From Laetmonice hystrix (Eukaryota), in contig OZ249437.1 in NCBI GenBank assembly GCA_965235115.1, positions 50,902,001 to 50,966,000 of the forward strand: 64,000 nt of DNA. Direction: 5' to 3'. The position numbers and the translations under genes are program-made. Shown one piece after another: positions 22,601-34,600 of this stretch; the stretch's first letter is position 1, and each line of letters opens with the position of its first letter. The notes below the pieces were generated by a model. The model searched no databases. It was given only the letters and a program-made list of their open reading frames with translations, and had not been told where the DNA came from.

Positions 22601-25600
22601 TCAGTTTGTTCCGTTTTTTACCTTGCCTCACTGTCAGTTGTGTAATATTGAATTTGGTTCTTTTGATCCAGACTGGTATTTGTCTGTTTTAGAATCAGAT
22701 GTGGCTTTGATCTCTCTGTCTCTGGAGTGTCGTACATTTTACCATGAATAAATCAAAAATGTTTCTCTGTGGGAGTTCATTAAAAGTGAGGATTTTATAA
22801 CATTCGTGGTTCATATTGTATTCTGAGACGTCGACGGTAACGGTCTCTTGGGGAAAGGAAATTTGGTTAAAGAATTTAATGTTCTACATTGATTGTGGAT
22901 GTAAAGTTTATTTTTGCCTTTAATCGTATTTGATATATAGCGGAATCTACAAACATCAAAGTCTTTGACATTCCACTTTTGAAATGCCTGCAAACAAACA
23001 AAAATACATGAAAAGAGTGGTTAAAACAGATATTAAATGAAACACTGAAAACGCTATCGTCGGTAGAGAGCAATGAAGGCAATCATCAAAATATTACCAA
23101 GTTTAATAAGTTCTAAATTTGGTAGAAGAAATCGTGTAAGCGGGCAGCCGCCGTCAGGGAGGCACATCCTCAATGTATTTTTTAGATAAGCCAATAATAA
23201 GTAAGCTATCGAAGACGGGAGTGTGACCAATGACAGCCAACCTCTCAGTAGGTGTTACAGGTGTGACAGGAATGTAGGTCCCCCTGAAATGCAGGTCTGA
23301 CGGACCTGCATTCCCAGGAATGGAAGTCGGTAATGTTGTATTATTTAAATATTTCTTCAAAACCCTATCCCTAATCCTAACCTTAATCCTAATTCATTTG
23401 AATTTTCTTAATTATATTGTCTTATACCACGACGTTGATGACTAGGACCTGCATAACGAATATACTAAGGAATCCAGGTCCGGCGGACCTCCATACCGGC
23501 GGACTTACATTCCGTTCACACCTGCTCCTACTCGCGTCGACCCCAGAGCCACCTAGCGAGTGAGTCGGGTACCAGCTTACATGGTCAGGCGAAAATAACA
23601 TCCATGAAATGTACGATCCTCCAACGATGCTGCTGCTTGTGTGCGGAGACTGGGTAAAACCCATAGATTGATTCGTGACGTGACACGATGGCGCGTGAAT
23701 TAAATAAACAACCTGCGGTGGTAATATCGGAGTCAATTGAAATAAACTTATAAATATTTCCATCTCCCAGGCATCTTGCGATGGTTGACGTGACTTCTTC
23801 TTTCACTGCCATTTTCCAAAGGAAAAAACGGTAACCCTGCATGAAATAACAATGAAGGTCTGCTTTGTGTTGTGGAAAGACTATTCAATTATATTAATTG
23901 TTTGATTATGTATTGAGAGAAAAAAGATACCCTCCCCAAAACAATAAAATTACACAAATAGGCATGAACCCGAGGGACATTAGTTACAAGGCAAAGCTCC
24001 CTGCGCAAGGTAGAAATATCTGCCCGTTTATATTTATGTTATATTTATTTAGGTTATATTTGCGTTCTATTTCCGAAAGCTGTAATTTATATGGACAAGA
24101 AGAAGGGGAGAACATTCTCGCAGTGGCGTTCTGGATAGTGTCATATCGCTTGATCTTTCAAGGCCTGTTTTTTTCTCCCCCCCCCCACACACACCTAGTG
24201 TGATCTGAATATTACTTCTGGAAAAGAAGGTATCAAAATTGCCTAGTTTTTACCGCCACTGCTGAGCCTGTAAAGCCAGGAATCCATGTGTACGTAGTGT
24301 GGGCGTGATGCGTACTGCGTATTCATCAAAAGCAGTGAAAACAGGTCTGGGCGATTCCATGTGTGCGTAATGCGTGTTTTCATTGTTTTGATTACGCAAT
24401 ACGGACACATGGATTCCTGGCTTTAGGCGCTACAGCGGGTGCTTTTACCCAGAAAACGCTGAAAGCTGATCCAATAATGTGGAGGCTCTCGGCTGGTGTC
24501 CGTGATTGGATGGAGTCAAGCACGTGATCAATACGTCACCTCGCCTTGTGTGGTCTGACCTTGTTTGAACGGAAAGGTCAGCTTTAGCAGACCCTCCAGC
24601 AAGGACCTGCCAAAAGCAAAGCTGAAAAGTTCGCGAATAAATCACGAGCTGAGTTTTATGTTGTAACAGCAGCAGCCTTACAATATTCATTAAATCTCTG
24701 ATTGTATGGAACGATATAAAGAATTTGAAATCATCACGTCTTTGTGAAGAAGAGTACCAGTGGTAATTGGGAGACAACAAATACGTTAATAACCACAAAG
24801 TTAACTATTTTTGAATGTGTCTACTGAGGTAATCTCTCTTTGTAATAAAACTTGCGTCATTTAACAAATGGGGAATTGCCGTAGGCCTATTCAGACGAAG
24901 AGTAAGGTGAAGCCATTAGGAATTAGCACATATTACGTGTCTCATGCAATGGCTGAGAGCCAGGACGAGTCTTCTTAGTCGCCAGTCCCCGTCTTGCCTG
25001 TGGGATTTACTGCACAACAGGGCCAGGATAAGTACTGCAGAATCTATTGTGCCCTCCTACTCCTGCTCCACACATCCGGTGTGGATTGAGCAGTGGGATG
25101 TGACTGGCGAGGTTTTATACACCATGATGTCTGCAAGCGTCGAGATGTCTGATTTGCCTGTGACATTGAAATGTTATGGAGGCCTATATCCTCACCGTGA
25201 TCTTGTGTCGTCCTTTATTGATGTCAACAGCATTACCGCATCTGTTCCAGTCATTCTACAGCTTCACATCTACTCCGACAGAAAGCCTGGATGCTGCTGC
25301 CCGGATGGGGGTGAGGAAAGGGATGGATAAATACTCTTTATGTCATGACATCCATATACTCCCCCCTCCTCCCTCCCTCCCTTGCGGTCCTTTCCGGGGT
25401 ATATGATCTTCATGTCGCCCTGGTCACACGATCCTGAGAAATAGACTCTGTGTGCACACGCAGTACTGCTTTCCACTAGCTCTGCTGGGAAACTTGCCGC
25501 AATTCCAATCCTCAGAACAATAATATCACTGCTCAACATCCATCAGCAGACAAGCATCTCGGCCCACGCTGGGGAATCCACAGTCTCTCTGATGCCCGAC

Positions 25601-28600
25601 CAATGGTTACCAGGCTGCGGAGTCTATCTGCCAAAGTCAGTGATTATAATTAGTACGGAGCTAGAGAAAACATTATCAGGGAGGTTCTCACGATAAATGC
25701 AATCTCTCTCCGCGGACCTCTGCTTCTTATTCCCGGGGGTAACTTGCAAGATTTTTCTGTCAATCACTGTCTGTGTTTTCCAACTGTGGCCAAGGGAGCA
25801 ATAGACTGGTACCTGGCTTCACTTGTAGGACTGTAATATTACATGTATCTTTAAATGTGAAGACCCTGGGCGCAATAGACCCGGGTTCTCACTTGTGTAG
25901 ACTTTCTGTAAAGTTTTAATGTTGGACTTTACCAAGAGAGCAAGCTCTGTTGGTGACGTTACTCAGAGAGAGGATATTAGAGGTTAGTTTTTCCAACCAC
26001 TGCTGGGGTCGATTGGCTGAATTTTCCGTGAGCTCTGGGTCTCTGAAGTTCCATTCACAATCGCCTTAAGTCACAACCAATGATGGCTATACATTGATCT
26101 GTATCAAAAGAAATACTCTAACATTATTAGATTTCACTTATGAGAAGGCTTTACAACCTTTGAATGTGTTTGATTTAGAGATTGACGTGATAGTCACATC
26201 TCGACAGCAGACGGCATACGTCACTCCCACGGCTATTTAACGAGGACATGTTAAAGACTGACGTTTTCCTGAATTCAACTGGAGCGCCTATAAAGGTTCA
26301 TGGAATTAATCTCATAAATGTCATTGATGCCAAACTAACGTTGAAATATAGATATATAAATTAGTTGCAAGTATTTAAACTTCAATGGCGGATATCTGTT
26401 CATCCCCGTTTATTCCGCCAGCCTGAGCCATTGCCGGCTGAGATTTTTCTGAGCGGTTTCGGCTCGTTTCCACTAAACGTTGGTACCCGTCACAGGATGG
26501 CAGGTGGCTATATCTTGGAGCTCGTGTGGCCGGGTGTGCGTGTCGGGCTAGACGTAACTATAGTTTCATGGCGGATACATCAACCAACACTGAGCAACGA
26601 CTGGCAGCCAGCCTGGGCGTCCTGATGGAAAGGTTACCAAACAACACGTAGGGGTCAGCCTCAAGCTTTTTAAATGGGTACACATGAGTATGTGTGAGGT
26701 TAGTCTGATGACTTTATTAAGTCTTAAACGGGAGTGGAAGGTCACTATGTACTGATTAGGTGCCGCAATCACTGACGTTTTATACACGCCTGGCGATTGT
26801 GAACTTGACTCATTATGACGTTCATGATACTCAGATACTTGTGAAGATGGTACGGCCCCAGGCTGAGGGTAATAGTTTAATTCTCCTCCATTGGCATTCA
26901 ATATCAATCAGATCTGTTAAGATTTGGCTGGGGTAACGATAAGTCATTAACTTGAACATGACAGTTCTTGGTACCGTTCCGCAGCATATACGTCAATGGA
27001 GATGCCACTTAACAAACGCCAGGCTGAGCCTGACAGGTTTTACCCCATGTGCCATGCTGATCTATGTGTGCATTATCCTGGTACTCGAGGCTAATCGAGG
27101 AGAGCGCTTTGATTGGCCCATCGAAAACATGGACGCAAACGTCAATGGTAGTTCCGTATCCTCCGCATTTCTCCGACAAGATACAGATTTTTTTCAATCC
27201 TTTTACAATACAAGTGTTAAATATCCTTGCTTTTCTGGAGGTAGACATATAGTCTCATCGGTCCCTAAGAGAGGCTACGGTCTGTACCTCACTCAGGGCC
27301 ATGTTGGCCACTCTCCAAGCAGAGATCGGTCACTCCGTTGACGCTGACCAACGCAACGGAAGCGGGAGTGCTTGGAGTTTAATCACTTCCTTCCGCTTGT
27401 CGGTTTTCTGACAGTAAAATTACCCATCACCTGGCCTAACATAGCGGACGCGTCTGTTTGGCAGGGGACCAGGCTATGTGTGAATATGTCATGTGTCTTC
27501 CCGGCTGTGCCAAACAGATATGTGCAGATATCACTTAACAAACGCCAGACTGAGGCTGACAGGTCTTTCCACTGTGTCCGACAGATTTAAACACCAGGGT
27601 GTCTACAGATAAGTGAATATGTAACTGAAAAACCAGACTGAGGGCGGCAGGTCTTCCCCTGTGTCCTACAGAGAAGTGAATATGTAACTGAAACACCAGA
27701 TTGAGGGCAGCAGGTCTTCCCCTGTGTCCTACAGAGAAGTGAATATGTAACTGAAACACCAGACTGACGGCGGCAGGTCTTCCCGCCGTATCCTACAGAT
27801 AAGAGAATATGTAACTGAAACACCAGACTGAGGGCGGCAGGTCTTCCCGCTGTGTCCTACGGATAAGTGAATATGTAACTGAAACACCAGACTGACGGCG
27901 GCAGGTCTTCCCGCCGTATCCTACAGATAAGAGAATATGTAACTGAAACACCAGACTGACGGCGGCAGGTCTTCCCGCTGTGTCCTACAGATAAGTGAAT
28001 ATGTAACTGAAACACTAGACTGAGGGCGGCAGGTCTTCCCGCTGTGTCCTACAGATAAGTAGATAATCACTTCACACCAGACTGAGGGTGACAAGTCTTC
28101 ATCGCTGTAGCATGCAGATATATGAAGATGTTACTTAGCATGACTGTGCCAGACTGCTGAGGGTGACATGTATTCATCGCTGTACCACACTGATATATAT
28201 AAAAGATGTCACTTAACATGCTCCAGACTGCGAGTGAAAGGTCTTTACTCCTGTTACCTACAGTTAGATCATCGTGGCTTTACCAGTCTGTTGATTTTCA
28301 ACTAGCCACATTCTCTGAGGGTAATCACATTGTTAGAGGCAGGCAGACATTAAGAAGACTGTCGTAATGTCCCATACAGTTGTCTATGAGACACAAAAGT
28401 ACTGGGATCACGTGATAATACCCATTACTAGCTTTGCACCCTCCACATTTCCCCAGTAACTTTGACTTACAAGTCGAGTCGGCACTTTTCTCTGCCCGCC
28501 TGCCAGGGGCAGGTATCTAAGGTTCAAGCTTCTCTTCCCTTCAAATTGTTCGGTGTCAGGTTGTTTGGCTTTTATAGCTTATATCGGGTGGATAAAAAAA

Positions 28601-31600
28601 AACGCCCCGAACTTTAAACTTCAATATTTCAAAAAGTAATAATTGTAATTCAATGAAATTTTTCTTAATATCAGTTCATGATGTTGTCTCTTAGTTGTTA
28701 ATGTTACAAGTCAATAGCTTGGATAATATTTCCGTGGCGCTTAAAACAAAAATCATTTTACAAAAGCGCAATGCCGGCCTAAAGCGAGTGGTAGTCGCAC
28801 CCAGAGTCCCTGGCCTCACACTAGAGTAGGTGGTCAATCGGTCCCCTGTTTTCACTCCATACTGCTCTCAGTCTCTATTTCCATGATCCAATGCACTTCC
28901 TGATCTCTGATAGGGAAATATCTTCCCAACATTGGGAAATACGCAACGTTCTGAATGTGTTGCTAAACGTGATAATGATACGATTTCCCTTGAACTTCTC
29001 GTTACAGTCATGTCGTCCTAATGTTGCAGTTTCTCTGTAGGGTTTGGCACATTAAACATCTGTTTTTCTCTAAAAGTACTAGGAATAGCACATATTTTAT
29101 TATATCTAGTGGTCCACAGCATGATACATATTGTAAAACATGCAAAAACTAAATATTGATTTTTTTTTGCCCAAGGTACAATGCAGTGAATCAAACAGGT
29201 GTCAAATTGGACACCTGGCAGCTGCATGATATTTGACCTAATTCCGGCATTGCGTTTTTAGACACTGATTTTTGTTTTTAGCGCCCCGGGATTAATATCA
29301 AAGCTATTAAGCTGAAACTTTAACATACCAGAGATAATATGATGAAGTGATATTAAGGGAAATTTTATTGAATTATAATGCATAGTTTTTGAAATATTAA
29401 AGTTTAAAGTTCGGGGCGTTTTTTTTTATCCACCCGATATATGCCCTAAATCCTAATATCTTGCCATCGTGCTTAATAATAAACAAAATTGATGTAATAA
29501 TTTTAATAATTTACCGTATATGGCAATATGGTTGCCCAGAATCCAGTTACGCCCTTGATTTATAAGATAAGTGAGACAAACCAAACCCTGCGTTCTTCTC
29601 TTCCCACTTGAAAAGATAAGGTGGTAGCCTCAAATGTGGGTTTAACAGCTGGGAGATGATAAATTCCCTGTCAAGGAAGGGTTGCAGAAAAAGGATTCAG
29701 CGTCATAGGGTAGCACAATAGATCACCAGCCTGGTGTCTGTTTGGCGGGCCTTTAGATCGGTAGCTGCCAATTAGGGACCGAATAACAACTTCAGGACGT
29801 GCCCGCCATTTATCAGACTATGGAAGGAATGATACACAGTGCATGCCCCAGTCTCTGAGAGCGTGGGCGTACCGTATGTCCACCACAGTAGGTCCTATAT
29901 AGTCGGCAAGTTTTTTTAACGTACCGTTGAATTTAATATCATATGAAATTCTAGACGTCAATGTATCACGTTTAGCCGCATTTCTAGTCTACATTATGTG
30001 ACCGTGGGACTGTAGTCGAGTGACTTAACATGATATTTAATGGCTAAACTTGATTATTGTCAGACAGGACTTCAGCAGGAAAATAGAGTTATAAAGTGCC
30101 GTCTTTTGCATGAGAGTGCATATAATGCCATAGATTGTAAGCATCAATTATTCAGCGTTATCGCCCCTGGCACCAGCTGCCTTGGCAGCGTAGGACCGGC
30201 TAAGATGTAGTGAGGCAAGTTAAAGAGGACATTGACGAAGGTCCTGACCGCCGGCCCACAGTCACCGGTCGCAATCCCTTCACTAACATCAGTGAAGGCG
30301 CTCCTCAATGAAAAACATAATCACTACAAATACCCGTTTTTTCAGTGAAAGGAGCCCAGTAGAAAAGTTTGAGGGAAATGTCTGTATACGGAGAAGATGG
30401 TACAGAGGAAATTGGTCTGAGAGGATTTGCGTGTGGAGTGTAAGCAGGATGGGAGATGGGAATAAATGAAGAGTAAGGGAGGGGAGGTCTGTCATTAACA
30501 GGCTCAAGTCGGCTCCTTAATCTTGTCTTCCACAAATTGAGTCTGTGATTTAGATTAGTAGCACCATTTAAATTTAAATTGTAGGAGTGGCCACCCGAGG
30601 TATGTTTTGGGATAATTGACATTTACCCCAGTGAGATGGATTATTGGAAGTTTGTGCGTTGTTGTAGTCTTCCATAATACGAATATTCTCCATCACTTGA
30701 AATTACAACGGAGTATCATTATATTTAGAGTTACTGATTTGGTTTGACCTGTTTATTATAGATAAGACATCTCATCAAATGGCAAGTAAGGAAATATATT
30801 TTGGGTGATAACTAAAGATGTTGCTGTCAGTGTAAAGCTATAGACATGGAGAGTTGGAGGAAGTGTTGGATGACGACGCCCTACTGATTAGTGCGAATCT
30901 ATAGATCATGGTTCGTGCGCCTTCCCTACTTCAGAATCCCTCGACAGATCAGGTTGAACTCAGCTGGAATGGCGATGATCCGCACGATCCATTGGTTCCT
31001 ATCTGGCAGTACGCCAGATAGTTGGTCGCTGTTTTTCATACTTTTTTTTCTCTCTTTAAAATGAGATATTAAGTATTTAGATAAACAGTCCTCGGTAAGA
31101 ATCGCTTGACAATTGGATAACGGATTAAGGATCAGTACGTTAAGAAATCAGTTACAGGTTATTGCGCAAATTCCCGATTGTTTGTATAATTTCATAGCAT
31201 CGGCAGAGGCATTGAATTTTAATAATGTACAAACTGTTGACTCTGCTTGTCATAACCTTAATTCAAGGAGTATGCAATGGAAAGAAGAAAACTGAGAAAC
31301 AGGAAGTCGTGGTTTTATATGGGAAACCTGGCCGCTGCGCCAGATGTTTATACTTGTTTTAATTTCAGATGACAGCGGTAGTGAAGTTATGATTTCTTTA
31401 TCTCACTGTTTCCACTATTGATAACTGAGCTCCGGCATATATCATGAATGAGCTTACCTTCGAAATTTACGCCGATGTACATAACATGTTTATATTTAAA
31501 AGAAATGGTATGCTGACCAGGAATGCAATTGCAAAAACATTTATATAATAGACCCGGAATTAAACGTGTAGGTGGACTAGCAAAATGTATCGGATCCGGT

Positions 31601-34600
31601 AGCAATCACTATTGGAACAGACTTTTTCATACACATGGTATTAATATAAGTAAAACTATGAAGGAACAAATATCCATAGACAATATATTAAATATACGGC
31701 ACTGCCAGTAAAAGAAAGTGGTGGTGGGGGTGGGTGGGGGGGGGGGGGTTACCTTCGTTAGTCGGTTATCGAAATCCTGCACACTTTTACATTCCATAAG
31801 CCCCCACTGATTAAACAGAACGGTCCGTATAATATCGGCCCATGTCGCTGTAGTACAAATACCGATATAAAGGCCGCCTTTAAAGGACCTCATGTGACTG
31901 ACACATCAAGGGCAATGATTGATTTCATCGGACTCGGGAGAGCAACGTTCCGACATCACGTCACGATTGCAGAAATAATTTCTCTACCTCTTTTCTCTGT
32001 TATGAATCGCCTCACTTTTTACGATCTTTTTCTCAGAATTTTAGCACAGCCCCCCCCCACTCCCATTTTATGACATTGTTATTTTCACGAATTTGCAATT
32101 TTGAGAAATGTTGCAAATTTTCTTTTGTTATGAATGATCTGCCACGTGTAAACTGTATTTTGCGTCGATAAATTTGGTAGACGTTTTGGTCCTGATCTTG
32201 GGTTAGGGATGGGACGTAGAGAGGCGCTCAAACGTTGTATTGTAAGTATTCAAAGACATTATCGCAGAGGACCACACTCGTGAAAAGAATCGATACAGCA
32301 TCCCAGAAAGGATGTCGAGTTGGGACGGTCCGCCCTAGGCGAGCCTGTTATAGTAGAAGGTCTAGTCAGGAGGATAAATCTTTGCTCTGTCCATGTGGCA
32401 GAATCTATTCCAACTGGACAAATTACATGTCAATACCTCGATGAAAGGACAGGGAGGGCAGGTAAGTATTCCTTGGACAGCAGTGTCTGGCGGTGGGAGA
32501 CGTCCTCGATAAATTATCCTGAATTTGTCGGTATTTATCGTTAAGAGACGTTGTTGAGGGAGGGATGAGAAAAGCTGGCAAATGCTAGAGGTTCGAAGAT
32601 GTGACGCCCCGTTCCACACAGTGAACAACGCATTCTTCAAATTGTTGCCTTCTCTCCTAACTTTTCTCTTTTTCCACTCATTGATTCTTGTCAAGCAACA
32701 AGAGCTTCTCAGGCAACCTGTTAAACAGTCACTTCAAGATCAAGATGCGCACGAATGAATTTAAGTTCAAAAGAAGTAAATAAACAGAAAGAAAACAGTT
32801 CGCGTTCATTAAGAAACTTCACTGCCTCAACTCCAATGGAACCGGAGGCAGTGCTTAAAGAGCGTCCGCCTGCTACCTTCAACTGTTGGAGAGGAAAGTT
32901 ACAGGGTAATCAATTGAGTATTGTGTAGGAGGGGGCTTGTCAACTGCAATAGGAAAGCTAAGTACATTCCATCAAGATGGCTGGCCCGGCTGATAATACT
33001 TAATATTCTAAGTATGTTCATGATGGGACTGCATTACACATGTAAACATAATACATACATGACCCGTTCAGTACGTGAGGTGGACGGTAGCACTTAACAT
33101 CAGCAGCGGAGACAAGGAGTGTACTGATACGTTTGTGTAATGTTGCTACATACTGATGCATTTCGTAATCTGGAGAAATTTTGATATTCAGTACTTGGTT
33201 GTATAAGTTCATTAGTGTTCTTCACAAAGTGCCACTCGGCAATGTTGCGTGGAGTTCTAAAGGCAAATGCCCCAGGAATTTCTTGTGACATACAACGGAA
33301 CTTAATTGTTCATGGGAATTTGTTAATACCACAAATGGTTTCAATCAATAATGATGCCAAACTTTGGAAGGGAATTCATTAATTATTATAGAATACCCAT
33401 TCTAGTAATAAAAGCACATGTTAGATTAACTGCATGTAAATAATAAAACCGCCAACATTAGTTTTAATATGGAGCCTATACTTAATAAAGGAATCATGGC
33501 ACCCTGGTTGAGCGTTCCGGGAAGCCAGTTCGGCCTGGTTTCACGCTTACCTCGTCAAAATCTATGCACCTTCTGTCCCGAGGATACTCCCTAGGTATAC
33601 ATTATGTATTGTAAACAGACAGCAGCGAAATGCACTGTCACCTTCATATTTCACATTTCGTGTCGAGAACACTCAAAACCAACGCTGCCTTCCGCCATCG
33701 GGAAAGGCTGACCTGTTGCAACGGGTGAGATGATCACGTGATTGCGGCTATAGTCTCGCGTTCTGTGAAAAGGGTGTAAAGTCGCCCGGCCAAAACTCTA
33801 TCGCGTAGGTTGGCTGCAGGTCTCGAAAAAGACGCGCGTCCTTCCAAGTTTGCTGGTTTTTAAATATTAAAAAATAATAGTTACGAAATCCAATCAGGCA
33901 AATAGGTAGTGTCATGGAACATAATTACCAGACTATATACAGGCAGTATTTTCGCCAATTTGTAAAATCTATATGAAATAGGTGACATGTTTCGAACCAT
34001 GTCATTATTACTGTGCCTCATGGAATTACGTGGAGTCATACATTTAAATGTAATCCCTGGATGCTATGAACTTTGTTTATAACGCTCTATCATTTGTATT
34101 GTTGCAGTGTTTATGCATGGCTATGCAGTCTGATCTTGAAATGTATGCCCGGTAAAAGAAATAATTTATAATTACAGTCAGACCCCGTTAATCCGGACAC
34201 TTTGGTTCTAATGAAAAACCGTCCGGATACCGATGCATCCGGATTAGTGAATATGGTTCCTGACCCAGCCGCTAGGGGGGAATTATATCCCGATCCGGCC
34301 GCTAGGGGGCAATTATATCTCCTAGACGCAAGATTGGTTGTAGTGCTATCAAGTGTCAGTATAGTGATGTTTTCAACTTTTTCGCTCAAGGCTTCAAATA
34401 AAATGTTATAATGTTAAATATTTGAGAAGGAAATGGAAGGGGAAAGGGAAGATTATTTAACACACTGCAGGAAAGAAGCATGCTGCTACAGTGTGAATTT
34501 TCTTTTCTTTTATCTGCATGACGATGGTTTGTCGGGTGAATGTAGCATTGAAATTTGCCCATATTTATAATCATCATAATAGAAAACTGTTAGTCGTTGA

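Noticed and set aside
24900-25560. Penelope-like reverse transcriptase remnant (minus-strand DIKSIYPSL)
   Set aside because: One motif-like peptide only; adjacent frames gave no other RT motifs that I could recognise. It needs a tBLASTn search.
27530-28270. Regularly spaced repeats as a CRISPR array or a repeat protein (ORFs 27535-27823)
   Set aside because: Units are contiguous with no unique spacers, the context is eukaryotic with no cas genes, and 64-bp units break the reading frame.
32362-32694. LINE ORF2 C-terminal remnant (CQLFSSLPQQ...TDKF)
   Set aside because: The resemblance is faint, with no tail or other RT motifs; too weak to call.
33018-33300. Exon-like minus-strand segments (FRCMSQEIPGAFAFRTPRNIAEWHFVKN; DYEMHQYVATLHKRIS) suggesting a nested gene
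   Set aside because: No recognisable family, and I could not chain them with the 31457-31513 or 26566-26907 segments into a consistent model.
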